The notes: a model not told the origin generated them from the letters alone. A stretch of 64,000 nt of DNA from an uncultured Chloroflexia bacterium (GCA_963774265.1 CAVZDU010000001.1:256001-320000); one strand, 5' to 3'; positions 29,949 to 42,547 are shown, counted from the first letter of the stretch. A program made the numbers and translations.

Positions 29949-31159
29949 GGGCGGCTGCGCAGAGCCCGCACGTCTGGCAGCCCCCCGGCTGGTCGCCGCA
30001 GGGGGCTGTTGATTTCCTGCACGGGCTGACCGATGAGGCCAGCCCGCTCCTCGCCGCCTGGGCGAAGCGGGCGCCCGATGCCGCGTGGGCGGAGTGGCTG
30101 GGAGGGCTGGGGTTGGCCGCGTTCGCGTGCCACCGCCTGCGCGGCGCGGGCCTGCTCGGCGAGCTGCCCGACCCGCTCCGGGATCGCCTGGTTGGGGCCT
30201 ATTACAGGGGCGCCGCCGACGCGGAGCTGCACACGCAAGAGCTGGCGGCGGTGCTCGGTACGCTGGCACGGGGCGGCGTGACCGCGGTGGTGTTCAAGGG
30301 CGCCAGCCTCGCACACCTCGCCTATCCCGACCCTGCCTGCCGGCCCATGGGGGACCTGGACCTGTGGGTCACGGCAGAGGCCATGCCCCGGGCGCGCGAG
30401 CTGCTGGCCGGCCTGGGCTACGTGGAGCGAGGGAAGGCGCACCGGCCCCTGGCCTTGCAGGCGGGGCGGGACGGCGAGGTCCAGATGATGGGGAGTGCGC
30501 CGGGCAGCGGGCTGGTGGAGCTGCACTGGGGCATGTTTGCGGGGGAATGGCTGCAGCGCACGGCCGCGGTCGACAGCCCGGGCATCCTCTGCCGCGCGGT
30601 CCCGGTCACGCTCGCGGGGCAGTCGGCGTGGACCCTCGCGCCTGAGGATGCGATCGTGCAGTTGGCCGTGCACCTGGCCGTGAACCACCAGATGGCCTAT
30701 CCCGGCCTGCGCGCGATGGTGGACGTCAGCCTGGTGGCACGGCCGCACTCCGTGCGGGCGCAGGACGTGGACTGGACCGCCGTGGCCGAACGGGCGCGCG
30801 CCTGGCGCGTGGCGAACGCGACCTGGCTCGTCCTGAGCCTGACCGGGGAACTGATGGGGCTGCCGGGGGCGGAGGCCGCGATCGCTGCGCTGCGGCCGTC
30901 AGCCGTGCGCCGGCGGCTGCTGCGCCGGTTCGTCGATGGGGGGGCGGTCCTCGAAGGCCGCGACATGACGGGCGGGCCGCGGCGGCTGGCGTTCCAGTTG
31001 CTGCTGGTCGACCGGCCCGTGGATGCCCTGCGGCTGCTGGGCCGCGGCCTGTGGCCGGAGGAGGGGTGGCTGGCCGCACGGTATGGGGCGGCGGGGCCGC
31101 GGGTGCGCATGCGCCATTTGGCGGCCGCGTGCTGCGGGGGCGGGTGTAGGGGCGGTTAA
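29945..31159 (+). CDS. Nucleotidyltransferase family protein (NTP_transf_5-like)
   Basis: FKGASLAHLAYP, RPMGDLDLWV and VELHW motifs. Confidence 0.85.
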   Translation: MRAAAQSPHVWQPPGWSPQGAVDFLHGLTDEASPLLAAWAKRAPDAAWAEWLGGLGLAAFACHRLRGAGLLGELPDPLRDRLVGAYYRGAADAELHTQELAAVLGTLARGGVTAVVFKGASLAHLAYPDPACRPMGDLDLWVTAEAMPRARELLAGLGYVERGKAHRPLALQAGRDGEVQMMGSAPGSGLVELHWGMFAGEWLQRTAAVDSPGILCRAVPVTLAGQSAWTLAPEDAIVQLAVHLAVNHQMAYPGLRAMVDVSLVARPHSVRAQDVDWTAVAERARAWRVANATWLVLSLTGELMGLPGAEAAIAALRPSAVRRRLLRRFVDGGAVLEGRDMTGGPRRLAFQLLLVDRPVDALRLLGRGLWPEEGWLAARYGAAGPRVRMRHLAAACCGGGCRGG

Positions 31160-31161
31160 TG

Positions 31162-31202
31162 AAAAAAAGAGGGAGCGCTCGATGAGCCTCCCTCTCCTTA
31201 TT
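31162..31202. terminator. Intrinsic terminator between convergent genes
   Basis: A7 run, AGAGGGAG/CTCCCTCT stem with an inner GCTC/GAGC pair; reads as hairpin plus U7 on the minus strand. Confidence 0.75.
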
Positions 31203-31216
31203 GGGTACAGGCGATA

Positions 31217-31711
31217 TCAGCTCAGCCGCAGCGCAGCGAGCGCGTTCTGCACGCTGTCGTCCGGGCTGACGCTGTACTGCACGTCCGCGATGTTGCCGGC
31301 CTCGTCGACCAGGAAGTGCGAGCGGATGATGCCCATGTAGGTCTTGCCGTACATGCTCTTCTCACGCCACACGCCATAGGCCTGTGACACCGCGGTCTCG
31401 GTGTCGGCAAGCAGCTTGAAGGGCAGGTTGAACTTCGTCTTGAACTTCGCGTGGCTCTTCTCGCCGTCCGGGCTGATGCCAAACACGACGGCATTCTGCT
31501 CCTGGATCGTTACGTAGTTATCGCGGAAGCCGCAGGCCTGGGTCGTGCAGCCGGGCGTGTCGTCCTTCGGGTAGAAGTACAACACCACGCGCTGCCCCCG
31601 CAGGTCGCTCAACCGCACCGTGCTCCCATCGTCCGCCTTCAGCTCGAAGTCGGGCGCCGGACTCCCCACCACCGGCACGTCCGCCGGAACTTCCACTGAT
31701 TTGTTCGCCAT
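31217..31711 (-). CDS. bcp: Thioredoxin-dependent thiol peroxidase (peroxiredoxin Q)
   Basis: VVLYFYPKDDTPGCTTQAC motif. Confidence 0.95.
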   Translation of the reverse strand: MANKSVEVPADVPVVGSPAPDFELKADDGSTVRLSDLRGQRVVLYFYPKDDTPGCTTQACGFRDNYVTIQEQNAVVFGISPDGEKSHAKFKTKFNLPFKLLADTETAVSQAYGVWREKSMYGKTYMGIIRSHFLVDEAGNIADVQYSVSPDDSVQNALAALRLS

Positions 31712-31808
31712 TTCTTTCTCCTCGCAGCTTGATTCAACATTGAGATTGTACAAAGCCTAAACAACACGGTCAGGGATCGGGCGTACAATTGCGGGCGCCC
31801 TTTAAAGA

Positions 31809-31860
31809 GCAGGGGACGTGGCCGCCCCGCCCGGCCTGGGCGAGGGGCCGCGCCCCCTGC
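31809..31860 (-). terminator. Long GC-rich hairpin downstream of gdh copy 1 (terminator or REP-like)
   Basis: Stems GCAGGGG/CCCCTGC, CGTGGCC/GGCCGCG and CGCCC/GGGCG; followed by TCTTT on the minus strand. Confidence 0.55.
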
Positions 31861-33255
31861 ATTCATGTCAGTGGAATCGACCGATCAGGGCCAGATGCCG
31901 CGCTGTTGTACGACTGCGGCCACCTTGTCCACGGCCAGCATCATGGCGCCCATGCGCATCGGTACAGCCTGCGCCTGGGAATAGTCCCACACGTTGTTGA
32001 AGCTCCCCTTCATGATGCCGGTGAGCCGCTGGTTGACCTCTTCCTCATCCCAGTAGAAGTTCTGTAGATTCTGCACCCATTCCAGGTAGCTGGTGGCGAC
32101 ACCGCCGGCATTCGCCAGGATATCCGGCACGATGATCACGCCCTTGTCGGCCAGGATTTCGTCGGCCTCGCGGGTCGTCGGACCGTTGGCGCCTTCGACG
32201 ATGTACCGCACGTGCAGCCGGCCGGCATTGTCCCCGCGAATCTGGTGCTCGAGCGCGGCCGGAACCAGCACATCGACTTTGGTCTCCAGCACGTCCTCGT
32301 TGCTGACGCGCTCGACGCCGGAGGCGGTGTAGCCTTCGAGCAGGCGGTGCGGATGCGCCGCCACAGCCTTGTCGATCGCAGGCAGGTCCAACCCGTTGGA
32401 GTTATAGAGGCCGCCGCTCACATCGCTGACGGCCACCACCTTGCAGCCCATCTCGTGCAGGATGCGCGCGGCCCAGGAGCCCACATTGCCGTAACCCTGG
32501 ACCGCCACCGTCGTGTCCGACAGCGCCCGGCCCTCGCGCTTCAGGAGCTCGCCGGTCACGATCGCCACGCCGCGGCCGGTCGCTGCCGTGCGGCCCTGGG
32601 ATCCACCCATGCCGAGCGGCTTGCCCGTCACGAGCTCCAGCATCTGCGTGCCCTCGATCATGCTGGCGGTGTCCGCGATCCAGGCCATGATTTGCGGGTT
32701 GGTGTTCACGTCGGGCGCGGGGATATCGCGCTTGCCGCCCAGGATGGGCAGGATCATCGCGGTGAAGCGGCGGGTCATGCGCTCGATCTCGCCCTGGGAC
32801 ATGCCGGTCGTATCGACCTGGATGCCGCCCTTGGCGCCGCCGTAAGGGATGCTGACCACCGCGCATTTCCAGGTCATCATGGCCGCCAGGGCCTTGACCT
32901 CGTTCAGGTTGACATCCGGGTGGTAGCGGATGCCGCCCTTGCACGGCCCACGCGCCGAGGAATGCTGCACGCGGTAGCCCCTGAAGACTTTGACTGAGCC
33001 ATCATCCATACGCACCGGGATAGAGACGGTCAATTCGCGCTCGGGTTCACGCAGAATCGCGTGTATACCCGGATCCAGGTGCAGCCGTTCCGCGACCTCG
33101 TCGAGGGAGCCGAGAACGGTGTCCCAGAGATCCTGCTTCGCCGGCTTCTCCACCAAGACCATCGTTTGATCGAGCCGAACCAGCGTCTCCGTAAGTGGTT
33201 TCTGCATCGATGCCTCCGCCTTCCAGGCGACTCTGCCTAAAGGAGTATCGGAGCC
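31853..33255 (-). repeat. Direct repeat A (gdh copy 1 with flanks)
   Basis: Near-identical to 35998-37362, including ~30 nt downstream and ~45 nt upstream of the gene. Confidence 0.92.
31885..33207 (-). CDS. gdhA: Glutamate dehydrogenase (Glu/Leu/Phe/Val family), copy 1
   Basis: KGGIRYHP, GGAKGG, DIPAPDV, QGYGNVG, EGANGP and PDILANAGGV motifs. Confidence 0.93.
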   Translation of the reverse strand: MQKPLTETLVRLDQTMVLVEKPAKQDLWDTVLGSLDEVAERLHLDPGIHAILREPERELTVSIPVRMDDGSVKVFRGYRVQHSSARGPCKGGIRYHPDVNLNEVKALAAMMTWKCAVVSIPYGGAKGGIQVDTTGMSQGEIERMTRRFTAMILPILGGKRDIPAPDVNTNPQIMAWIADTASMIEGTQMLELVTGKPLGMGGSQGRTAATGRGVAIVTGELLKREGRALSDTTVAVQGYGNVGSWAARILHEMGCKVVAVSDVSGGLYNSNGLDLPAIDKAVAAHPHRLLEGYTASGVERVSNEDVLETKVDVLVPAALEHQIRGDNAGRLHVRYIVEGANGPTTREADEILADKGVIIVPDILANAGGVATSYLEWVQNLQNFYWDEEEVNQRLTGIMKGSFNNVWDYSQAQAVPMRMGAMMLAVDKVAAVVQQRGIWP

Positions 33256-33304
33256 CGCTCGGGCGCAGTCGCCGCGGATGCGCCCGAGCGGGATCATGCA
33301 AACC

Positions 33305-33868
33305 TTAGCGCTTCCACACCAGCAAGGGGCGGTTGTGCAGCCAGGCCAACATGGCGCCGAACCCGGTGCGAGAGCTCACCTCGACATCGTCGACCACCTG
33401 GAAGTCCAACATGCTGGTCTGTTCGTTGCCGATCCGGCGGGCGAACTCGGTCGTGACCGCCCGGTCCAGCGCGTCCAGCAGGGCCGCCAGGGCGCCTGTC
33501 TTGCGGCGGGCCCATACGACCATGTGGACCAGGGTGATCGGGAATTCGGTGAATACGGCGTCATCCGGGGTGGCCTCCGGATCGTAGAGGTACACGCCTT
33601 GCACCTCCGTATCCAGGGCCCCGATGTGTTCGGCCAGCTCGCGGGCCACCGCGTATTCGAAATAGCCTCGGGCATCGCTGCGCCCGGCGCGGAGCATGCT
33701 GGCGACGGTCCTGCCATCCTCCAGGCGCATCTTGCGTGCGGTATAGTCAAATGCGGACTCGATGGCGGCCACTGCGGTGCTGGCCGAATTGGGCAAATTG
33801 AACTCGACATGCGTCGCTTGAAGGCCATCGTGGGTGGCAACTGCCTGTTGCATCTGTTTCTCAGCCAT
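33305..33868 (-). CDS. Hypothetical protein (187 aa), possibly a degenerate nucleotidyltransferase-like fold
   Basis: Good GC3 bias, AGAGGAG RBS before the MAEKQ start, co-oriented with gdh. Confidence 0.7.
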   Translation of the reverse strand: MAEKQMQQAVATHDGLQATHVEFNLPNSASTAVAAIESAFDYTARKMRLEDGRTVASMLRAGRSDARGYFEYAVARELAEHIGALDTEVQGVYLYDPEATPDDAVFTEFPITLVHMVVWARRKTGALAALLDALDRAVTTEFARRIGNEQTSMLDFQVVDDVEVSSRTGFGAMLAWLHNRPLLVWKR

Positions 33869-34004
33869 GGGAAAAGCTCCTCTCGTACTACCGGCCCTTC
33901 CACGGCCCGGTATTTCCTGATTACAGCGTAATCTTCTCATGGCAGGCGCGAAGAACACATAGAAACACCGGGGCAAAATATGAAAGATGCATAAAAACGG
34001 GGGA

Positions 34005-34718
34005 TTATTCGGGGCAGGCGAGCATATATCCGGCTCCCGGAGAGGTAAGGAGATACTGGGGATCGCCGGGATCGAGCTCCAGTTTCTTGCGCAGATAGCG
34101 AATATAGGCGCGCAGGTATTCGAGATCATCACGGTACTCAGGTCCCCAGACGTTGGTCAGGAGCTCAGAGTGGGAGATGACCCTGTTGGCGTTGCGCGCG
34201 AGTTGATAGAGCAGCTCGTACTCGGTGCGAGTGAGCGCCACAGGCTGGCCGCGCATGGTCACGGCGCGCCTCGCAAAATTGATTTCAAGCTCCCCACAGG
34301 TGAGGCCGGAAGTGACCGCCTCCCCGGGATGCTGAGTGCGGCGGAGGACGGCCTGGACGCGCGCGAGGAGTTCCTTGGCGCTAAACGGCTTGGTCAGGTA
34401 ATCATCTGCCCCGGCCTCGAAGCCGGCCAGGACATCGGCCTCGGTCGCCTTCGCGGTGAGCATCACCACAGCGACGTCAGAAAACTCGCGCAGGCTGCGG
34501 CACACGTCATAGCCGGTGGGGCCCGCGCCCAAGAGCACGTCCAACAGCACCAGGTCGGGTTGCTCCAGCACTACCTGCTCGGTGGCGCCCTTAGCGCTTG
34601 CCGCGGCCACGACGCGGTAGCCCGCCGCCTTCAGCACCTCGCTCACCAGGCGCACGAGGCGCGGCTCATCATCCACCACCAGGACTTTAGCTACACGGAT
34701 CTCGGGGCGGTCGGTCAT
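34005..34718 (-). CDS. OmpR/KdpE-family response regulator
   Basis: VLVVDDE, LLD (phospho-Asp), GADDYLTKPF and winged helix ending TSPGAGY. Confidence 0.95.
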   Translation of the reverse strand: MTDRPEIRVAKVLVVDDEPRLVRLVSEVLKAAGYRVVAAASAKGATEQVVLEQPDLVLLDVLLGAGPTGYDVCRSLREFSDVAVVMLTAKATEADVLAGFEAGADDYLTKPFSAKELLARVQAVLRRTQHPGEAVTSGLTCGELEINFARRAVTMRGQPVALTRTEYELLYQLARNANRVISHSELLTNVWGPEYRDDLEYLRAYIRYLRKKLELDPGDPQYLLTSPGAGYMLACPE

Positions 34719-35997
34719 GGCTGCGTTGCCTCGCTGGGGATCGTGAAGAACAGAGTTGTCCCCTGGCCCAGCGCGCTCTCGGCCCAGATGCGGCCGCCAT
34801 GACTTTCGACGATCGCGCGCGCGATGGGCAGGCCGAGGCCGGTGCCCACGACATGCCGGCCCAGCCCCGACTTCACACGGAAATACTTCTCGAAAAGTCG
34901 GTTGAGATGCTCGGGTGCGAGGCCCACGCCCTGATCGGCCACGCTGATCTCAACTTCCGCCGGCCGGGCCACGCCGCGCACAACCACCAGGCCGCCGTCC
35001 GGGGAGTATTTCACAGCGTTGTCGATCAGGTTGCGCAACACCTGGGTGATGCGCTGCGGGTCCGCGTCCACGAGCGGAAACTCGCTGGGGAAATCAGCCA
35101 GGAATCGATGGCCGCTCTCCTGATGGGCGAAATCCTCAAGCACGCCGAGCGCCAGGCGAGGCAGGCGGACGGGCTGCATTTCCAACCGCAGGAAGCCGGC
35201 GTCGATCATGGACGATTCGAGCAGATCGTGGATCAGATCCTGGAGGACATCGCACTCTTCATCGATGATCCCCAGGAACTCGCGCTGCGTCTCGGGGCTG
35301 AACTCGGCGCCTTCCATGAGGAGCGCGCTCGAATAACCCTTGATGGAGGTCAGCGGGGTGCGCAGCTCATGGGCCAGCGTGGAGATGACCTCGGCCTTCA
35401 GGCGATTCGCTTCGTCGCGCGAGCGGATCGTCTCCAACTCTTCGCGCAGACGGCCGTTCTCCATGGATAATGCCAGCAGATCGGCCACCGGCTTGAGGAA
35501 ATCCAGGTCGCTCTCGTCGAAACGACCCGCTGAGCGCAGGTTCTCCAGCAGCAGGACGCCGACGCGCGTGCCATCGGTTGTGAGTGGCACAGCCAGTGCG
35601 CTTTGCGGCTCGCTGACACCGGTTGCAGCAACGCGAAAAACCGCCAGGTTCTCGGAGGACATGCTGCGCATGGCGGCGGCGGTGGCCGCGGCGGTCGGAT
35701 ATAGCGTCGCGATGCCCGTGGAGAAAGCCAGGCCGGTGATCGACTCACCCGGGGCCAGGCGCAGGTGTTGCAACGCCTCCACGTCATACCCCTGGGCAGC
35801 CTGCACGACGAGATAACCCTCGGCCATGTCGTAGAGCACCACCATGCCCGCGTCGGCTGCGTCCATGTGGTCGATGAGCACGGACAGCAGCCGGGGCGCG
35901 GTGAGCTCAGGGTCATGCTCGGTCGCGAGAATGCGCGCGATCTCGAACATGGTCCGGAGGCGACGATCCGCCGCCCCACGCTCTGCGCCTGTGCTGC

Positions 35998-36007
<10 letters not shown>
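34715..36007 (-). CDS. Soluble GAF-domain sensor histidine kinase
   Basis: GAF domain, then LAHELRTPLTSI (H-box), NLIDNAVKYS, DQGVG and GTGLGL; no TM helix seen. Start codon uncertain. Confidence 0.93.
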
Positions 36008-37362
<1,355 letters not shown>

Positions 37363-37391
37363 GTGATCAAGGAACGGTCTTCTCCGGGCCT

Positions 37392-37469
37392 ATGATAGAC
37401 GCGTCAAGCAATACTTGCAATTTGGCGCCTTTCGATTATACTGAGATCAATCGGATTGATCCGATCAAT
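37392..37469. promoter_or_regulatory. Divergent sigma70 promoters and putative GntR operator
   Basis: Palindromic TTGCAA at 37415-37420, TATACT on + at 37437-37442, TATCAT on - at 37397-37392, and GATCAAT-cgg-ATTGATC-c-GATCAAT at 37445-37469. Confidence 0.65.
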
Positions 37470-37502
37470 ATAAATAATCGCCCTTGGGAGAAGGGCCAAC
37501 CG

Positions 37503-38216
37503 ATGATCACTCCAGCCATCGATTCCGGATTTCTGCGGTACTTGCTGGCGCAGGGCTGTGCGCCGGGCACAAAACTGCCCTCACTGGATGAGATCAGCAA
37601 CGAGATCGGCATCAGCGTCGGCAAGCTGCGCGAGCAGTTTGAGGTGGCGCGCGTGCTGGGCCTGGTGGAGGCGAGCCCGCGGCGGGGCATCCGCTGCCTG
37701 CCGTACGAGCTTCTGCCGGCCGTGCGCCTGAGCCTGATGGTCGCGCTGGCGCTGGACCCGGCCGCGTTTCGCGCCTACAGCACGCTGCGCATCCACCTGG
37801 AGACGGCGTTCTGGGATGAGGCGGTGTTGCTGCTGACGGCTGAAGACAAGGCGGAGCTGCGACGGCTGGTGCAGGCCGGCGCACGCCAAGCTGAACACCG
37901 AGCGCATCCAGATCCCCTACCCCGAGCACCGCGCGTTCCACCTGACCATCTTCGGGCGGCTGGAAAACCCCTTTGTGCTCGGCCTGCTCGAGGCCTACTG
38001 GGACGCGTACGAAGCGGTCGAGCTGAACACCTACGCCGACTACGCCTATCTGCAGGAAGTATGGAGCTATCACGAGCGCATCGCGGACGCGCTCCAGGCC
38101 GGCGACTACGCAGCCGGCAAGGAGCTGCTGATCCAGCATATGCGTTGATCGACAAGATGGGCGTGTCCCACGAGATCCCTGAGACCCTCACACAACTCCA
38201 AGGAGAAGCGGTATGA
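37503..38216 (+). CDS. GntR/FadR family transcriptional regulator with FCD domain; frameshifted
   Basis: KLPSLDEISNEIGISVGKLREQ HTH and PRRG wing; EHRAFHLTIF...NPF FCD motif in the shifted frame. Confidence 0.85.
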   Translation: MITPAIDSGFLRYLLAQGCAPGTKLPSLDEISNEIGISVGKLREQFEVARVLGLVEASPRRGIRCLPYELLPAVRLSLMVALALDPAAFRAYSTLRIHLETAFWDEAVLLLTAEDKAELRRLVQAGARQAEHRAHPDPLPRAPRVPPDHLRAAGKPLCARPARGLLGRVRSGRAEHLRRLRLSAGSMELSRAHRGRAPGRRLRSRQGAADPAYALIDKMGVSHEIPETLTQLQGEAV

Positions 38217-40063
38217 GTATCGCAGCACAAGAAGCCCCCGCACCTGTGGCGAAGCCGGGGGAAGTGGTCAACAACTTCTCGTTCAACATCGCCACGGTCA
38301 ACGGGTCGGGCAGCCAGACCAGCAATGGCGTGCTGCTGCGGGCATTCTTCAAGATGGGCATCCCCGTCACCGGCAAGAACCTGTTCCCCAGCAACATCCA
38401 GGGCCTGCCCACCTGGTACATCATCCGCCTGAGCAAGGACGGCTACCTGGCCCGCCGCGACCCGTACGAGATCGCCGTCTGCATGAACGGCCGCACCGTC
38501 GCCGAGGACATGGCCAAGGTGGCGGCGGGCGGCATCGTCCTCTACGACGACTCCCTGCCGATCGCCGCGCGGCGGCCGGACGTCACCTACTACCCGATGC
38601 CGGTCGGGCAAGCTGGTCAAGGAAGCCAACCTGCCCTTCGAGCTGAAGGACTACATCGCCAACATGGTCTACGTCGGCGTGCTGGCCTACCTGCTCGACA
38701 TCGACATGGCAGGAGATCGAGGCCGCGGTCGACTGGAACTTCGACGGCAAGCCCAAGCCCATCGAGCTGAACATGAACATGGTGCGCCGCGCCTACGCCT
38801 GGGCGCAGGCGAACCTGGTCAAGACCGACCCCTACCGCGTGGAGCGCATGACGCGGCTTCAACGAGGACAAGATCCTGGTCGACGGCAACACCGCGGCCG
38901 CGCTGGGCGCCATCTTCGGCGGCGTCACCTTCGTGGCCTGGTATCCCGATCACCCCGGCCTCCAGCGTGGCGGACGCCCTGAGCAAGTATCTGCCGAAGC
39001 TGCGCACCGATCCCGAGACCGGCAAGGCGACCTTCGCCATCATCCAGGCCGAAGATGAGCTGGCGGCCCTGGGCATGGTGATCGGCGCCGGCTGGGCCGG
39101 CGCACGGGCCATGACCAGCACCAGTCGGGCCCGGGCTCGACCTGATGGCCGAGTTCGCCGGCCTGGCCTACTTCGCCGAAGTGCCGGCCGTGATCTGGGA
39201 CATCCAGCGCATCGGGCCCCAGCACCGGCCTGCCGACGCGCACCAGCCAGGGCGATATCCTGGCGGCCTACTACCTGAGCCACGGCGACACGCGCCACGT
39301 CGCTGCTCTTCCCGGCCGACCCGAAGGAGTGCTTCGAGTTCGGCAGCATCGGCGTTCGATCTGGCCGAGCGGCTGCAGACGCTGGTCCTGGTGCTGAGCG
39401 ACCTGGACCTGGGCATGAACGTCTGGATCAGCCGATCAGTTCGAGTATCCCGAGCAGCCGATGGATCGCGGCAAGGTGCTGACTCGCTGGAAGACCTGAA
39501 GGCGCTGGGCGATTCGTGGGGCCGCTACAAGGATGTGGACGGCGACGGCATCACCTACCGCACGCTGCCCGGCACGCAGCATCCCGGCGGCCGCCTACTT
39601 CACCCGCGGCACCGGCCACAACGAAATGCGCCACGCTACAGCGAGCGGCCTGAGGACTGGGAGCACAACCTGAACCGCCTGGCGCCGCAAGTTCGAGACC
39701 GCGCGCAACCTCGTGCCCGGCCCCGGTCGTCGACGAGGTCGCCGGACGCGCGCGGATCGGCATCATCAGCCTCGGCTCCAACGACCCGGCCATCGTCGAG
39801 GCGCGCGACATCCTGGCCGCGGCCGGCATCGAGACGAGCTACCTGCGCCTGCGTGCGCTGCCGATCAACGAGACGGTGCGCGACTTCATGCACTCGCTAC
39901 GAGCGGGTCTTCGTGGTCGAGAACAACCACGACGGCCAGTTGCACCAGATTCTGCTGTCAGAAGAGCCGGTGTGCGGCGGCGCAGCTGATCTCAGTCGCC
40001 CGCTGCAACGGCATGCCGCTGTCGGCCACGTGGATCGCCGAACAGATCCAGAAGGGACTGTGA
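38213..40063 (+). CDS. korA: 2-oxoacid:ferredoxin oxidoreductase alpha subunit; many frameshifts
   Basis: NGSGSQT, NLFPSNIQGLPTWY, YPITP, QAEDELAA and VVENNHDGQL motifs. Confidence 0.9.
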
Positions 40064-40072
40064 GGTGTTGCG

Positions 40073-41137
40073 ATGAGCGTTACAATTGAGCAGACCAGCC
40101 GGCCCGCAGCTCCTGCGGCCGCGAAGACCAACACCCTGGGCCTGGAAAAGACCGCCTATAAGGGCGCCCCTTCCACCCTGTGCAAGGGCTGCGGCCACGA
40201 CACCATCAGCCAGCGCATCATGAACGTGGCCTGGGAGCTGGGCCTGGACCAGACCCAGGTGGTCAAGATGAGCGGCATCGGCTGCAGCAGCAAGTCGCCC
40301 GCCTACTTCCTGGGCTGGAGCCACGCGTTCAACGGCGTGCACGGCCGCATGCCGGCGGTCGCGACCGGCGCGGTCGTCGCCAACCGCGACCTGACCGTGA
40401 TCGGCGTCAGCGGCGACGGCGACACCGCCTCGATCGGCACCGGCCAGTTCAAGCACGCGGTGCGCCGCAACGTGCCCATGGTCTACATCGTGGAGAACAA
40501 CGGCGTCTATGGCCTGACCAAGGGCCAGTTCAGCGCCACCGCCGACCTGGGCCAGCGGCTGAAGTACGCCGGCGTGAACAACCTGCCGCCGCTGGACATC
40601 TGCCTCGAGGCGCTGGCCGCCAACGCCACCTTCGTGGCGCGCAGCTTTGCCGGCGATCCGCGGCAGGTGGAGACGCTGCTCAAGGCCGCCTTCAGCCACC
40701 GCGGCATCGCCGTGCTCGACATCATCAGCCCGTGCGTCACCTTCAACAACCACGACGAGTCGACCAAGAGCTATAGCTGGGGCAAGGCAGAAGGAGACCG
40801 CGCTGAACGAGCTGAACTTCATCCCGCCCTACGAAGAGATCACCATCGGCGTACTACGAGGGCGAGATGGAGGTCGCGATGCACGACGGCTCGCGCGATC
40901 GTGCTGAAGAAGCTGGATCCCGACTACGATCCGACGAGCAAGCTCAACGCCTTCCAGACGCTGGAGGAGGCCCGGCAAAACCAGCAGTTCATCACCGGGC
41001 TGATCTACGTCAACGAGGATGAGCGGCCCGACCTGCACGAGCTGCTGCACTACACGGAAACGCCGCTGGTGCATCTGCCGGAGGAGAAGCTGCGGCCCAG
41101 CCGGCAGGCGCTGGAAGAGGTGATGGCGAAGCTGTAA
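40073..41137 (+). CDS. korB: 2-oxoacid:ferredoxin oxidoreductase beta subunit
   Basis: CKGCGH, SGIGCSSK, HGR, SGDGD (TPP binding) and NNGVYGLTKGQ motifs. Confidence 0.93.
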   Translation: MSVTIEQTSRPAAPAAAKTNTLGLEKTAYKGAPSTLCKGCGHDTISQRIMNVAWELGLDQTQVVKMSGIGCSSKSPAYFLGWSHAFNGVHGRMPAVATGAVVANRDLTVIGVSGDGDTASIGTGQFKHAVRRNVPMVYIVENNGVYGLTKGQFSATADLGQRLKYAGVNNLPPLDICLEALAANATFVARSFAGDPRQVETLLKAAFSHRGIAVLDIISPCVTFNNHDESTKSYSWGKAEGDRAERAELHPALRRDHHRRTTRARWRSRCTTARAIVLKKLDPDYDPTSKLNAFQTLEEARQNQQFITGLIYVNEDERPDLHELLHYTETPLVHLPEEKLRPSRQALEEVMAKL

Positions 41138-41196
41138 TGGGGCGTTGATCGAGGGCGAGCGCGGCCCGGATGCAGCCGCGTTCATTCTGAATTGAT

Positions 41197-41237
41197 ACAC
41201 GGCCAGGAAATGGGTTGTTTGCCCTTCCTGGCCGTGT
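41197..41237. terminator. Hairpin between convergent korB and gdh3
   Basis: Perfect 13-bp stem ACACGGCCAGGAA/TTCCTGGCCGTGT. Confidence 0.65.
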
Positions 41238-41290
41238 TGGTTCAAGTATCAGCTCTCGTGTCCCGAAAGACCAACCTGGTTTGTGTTGTG

Positions 41291-42547
<1,257 letters not shown>

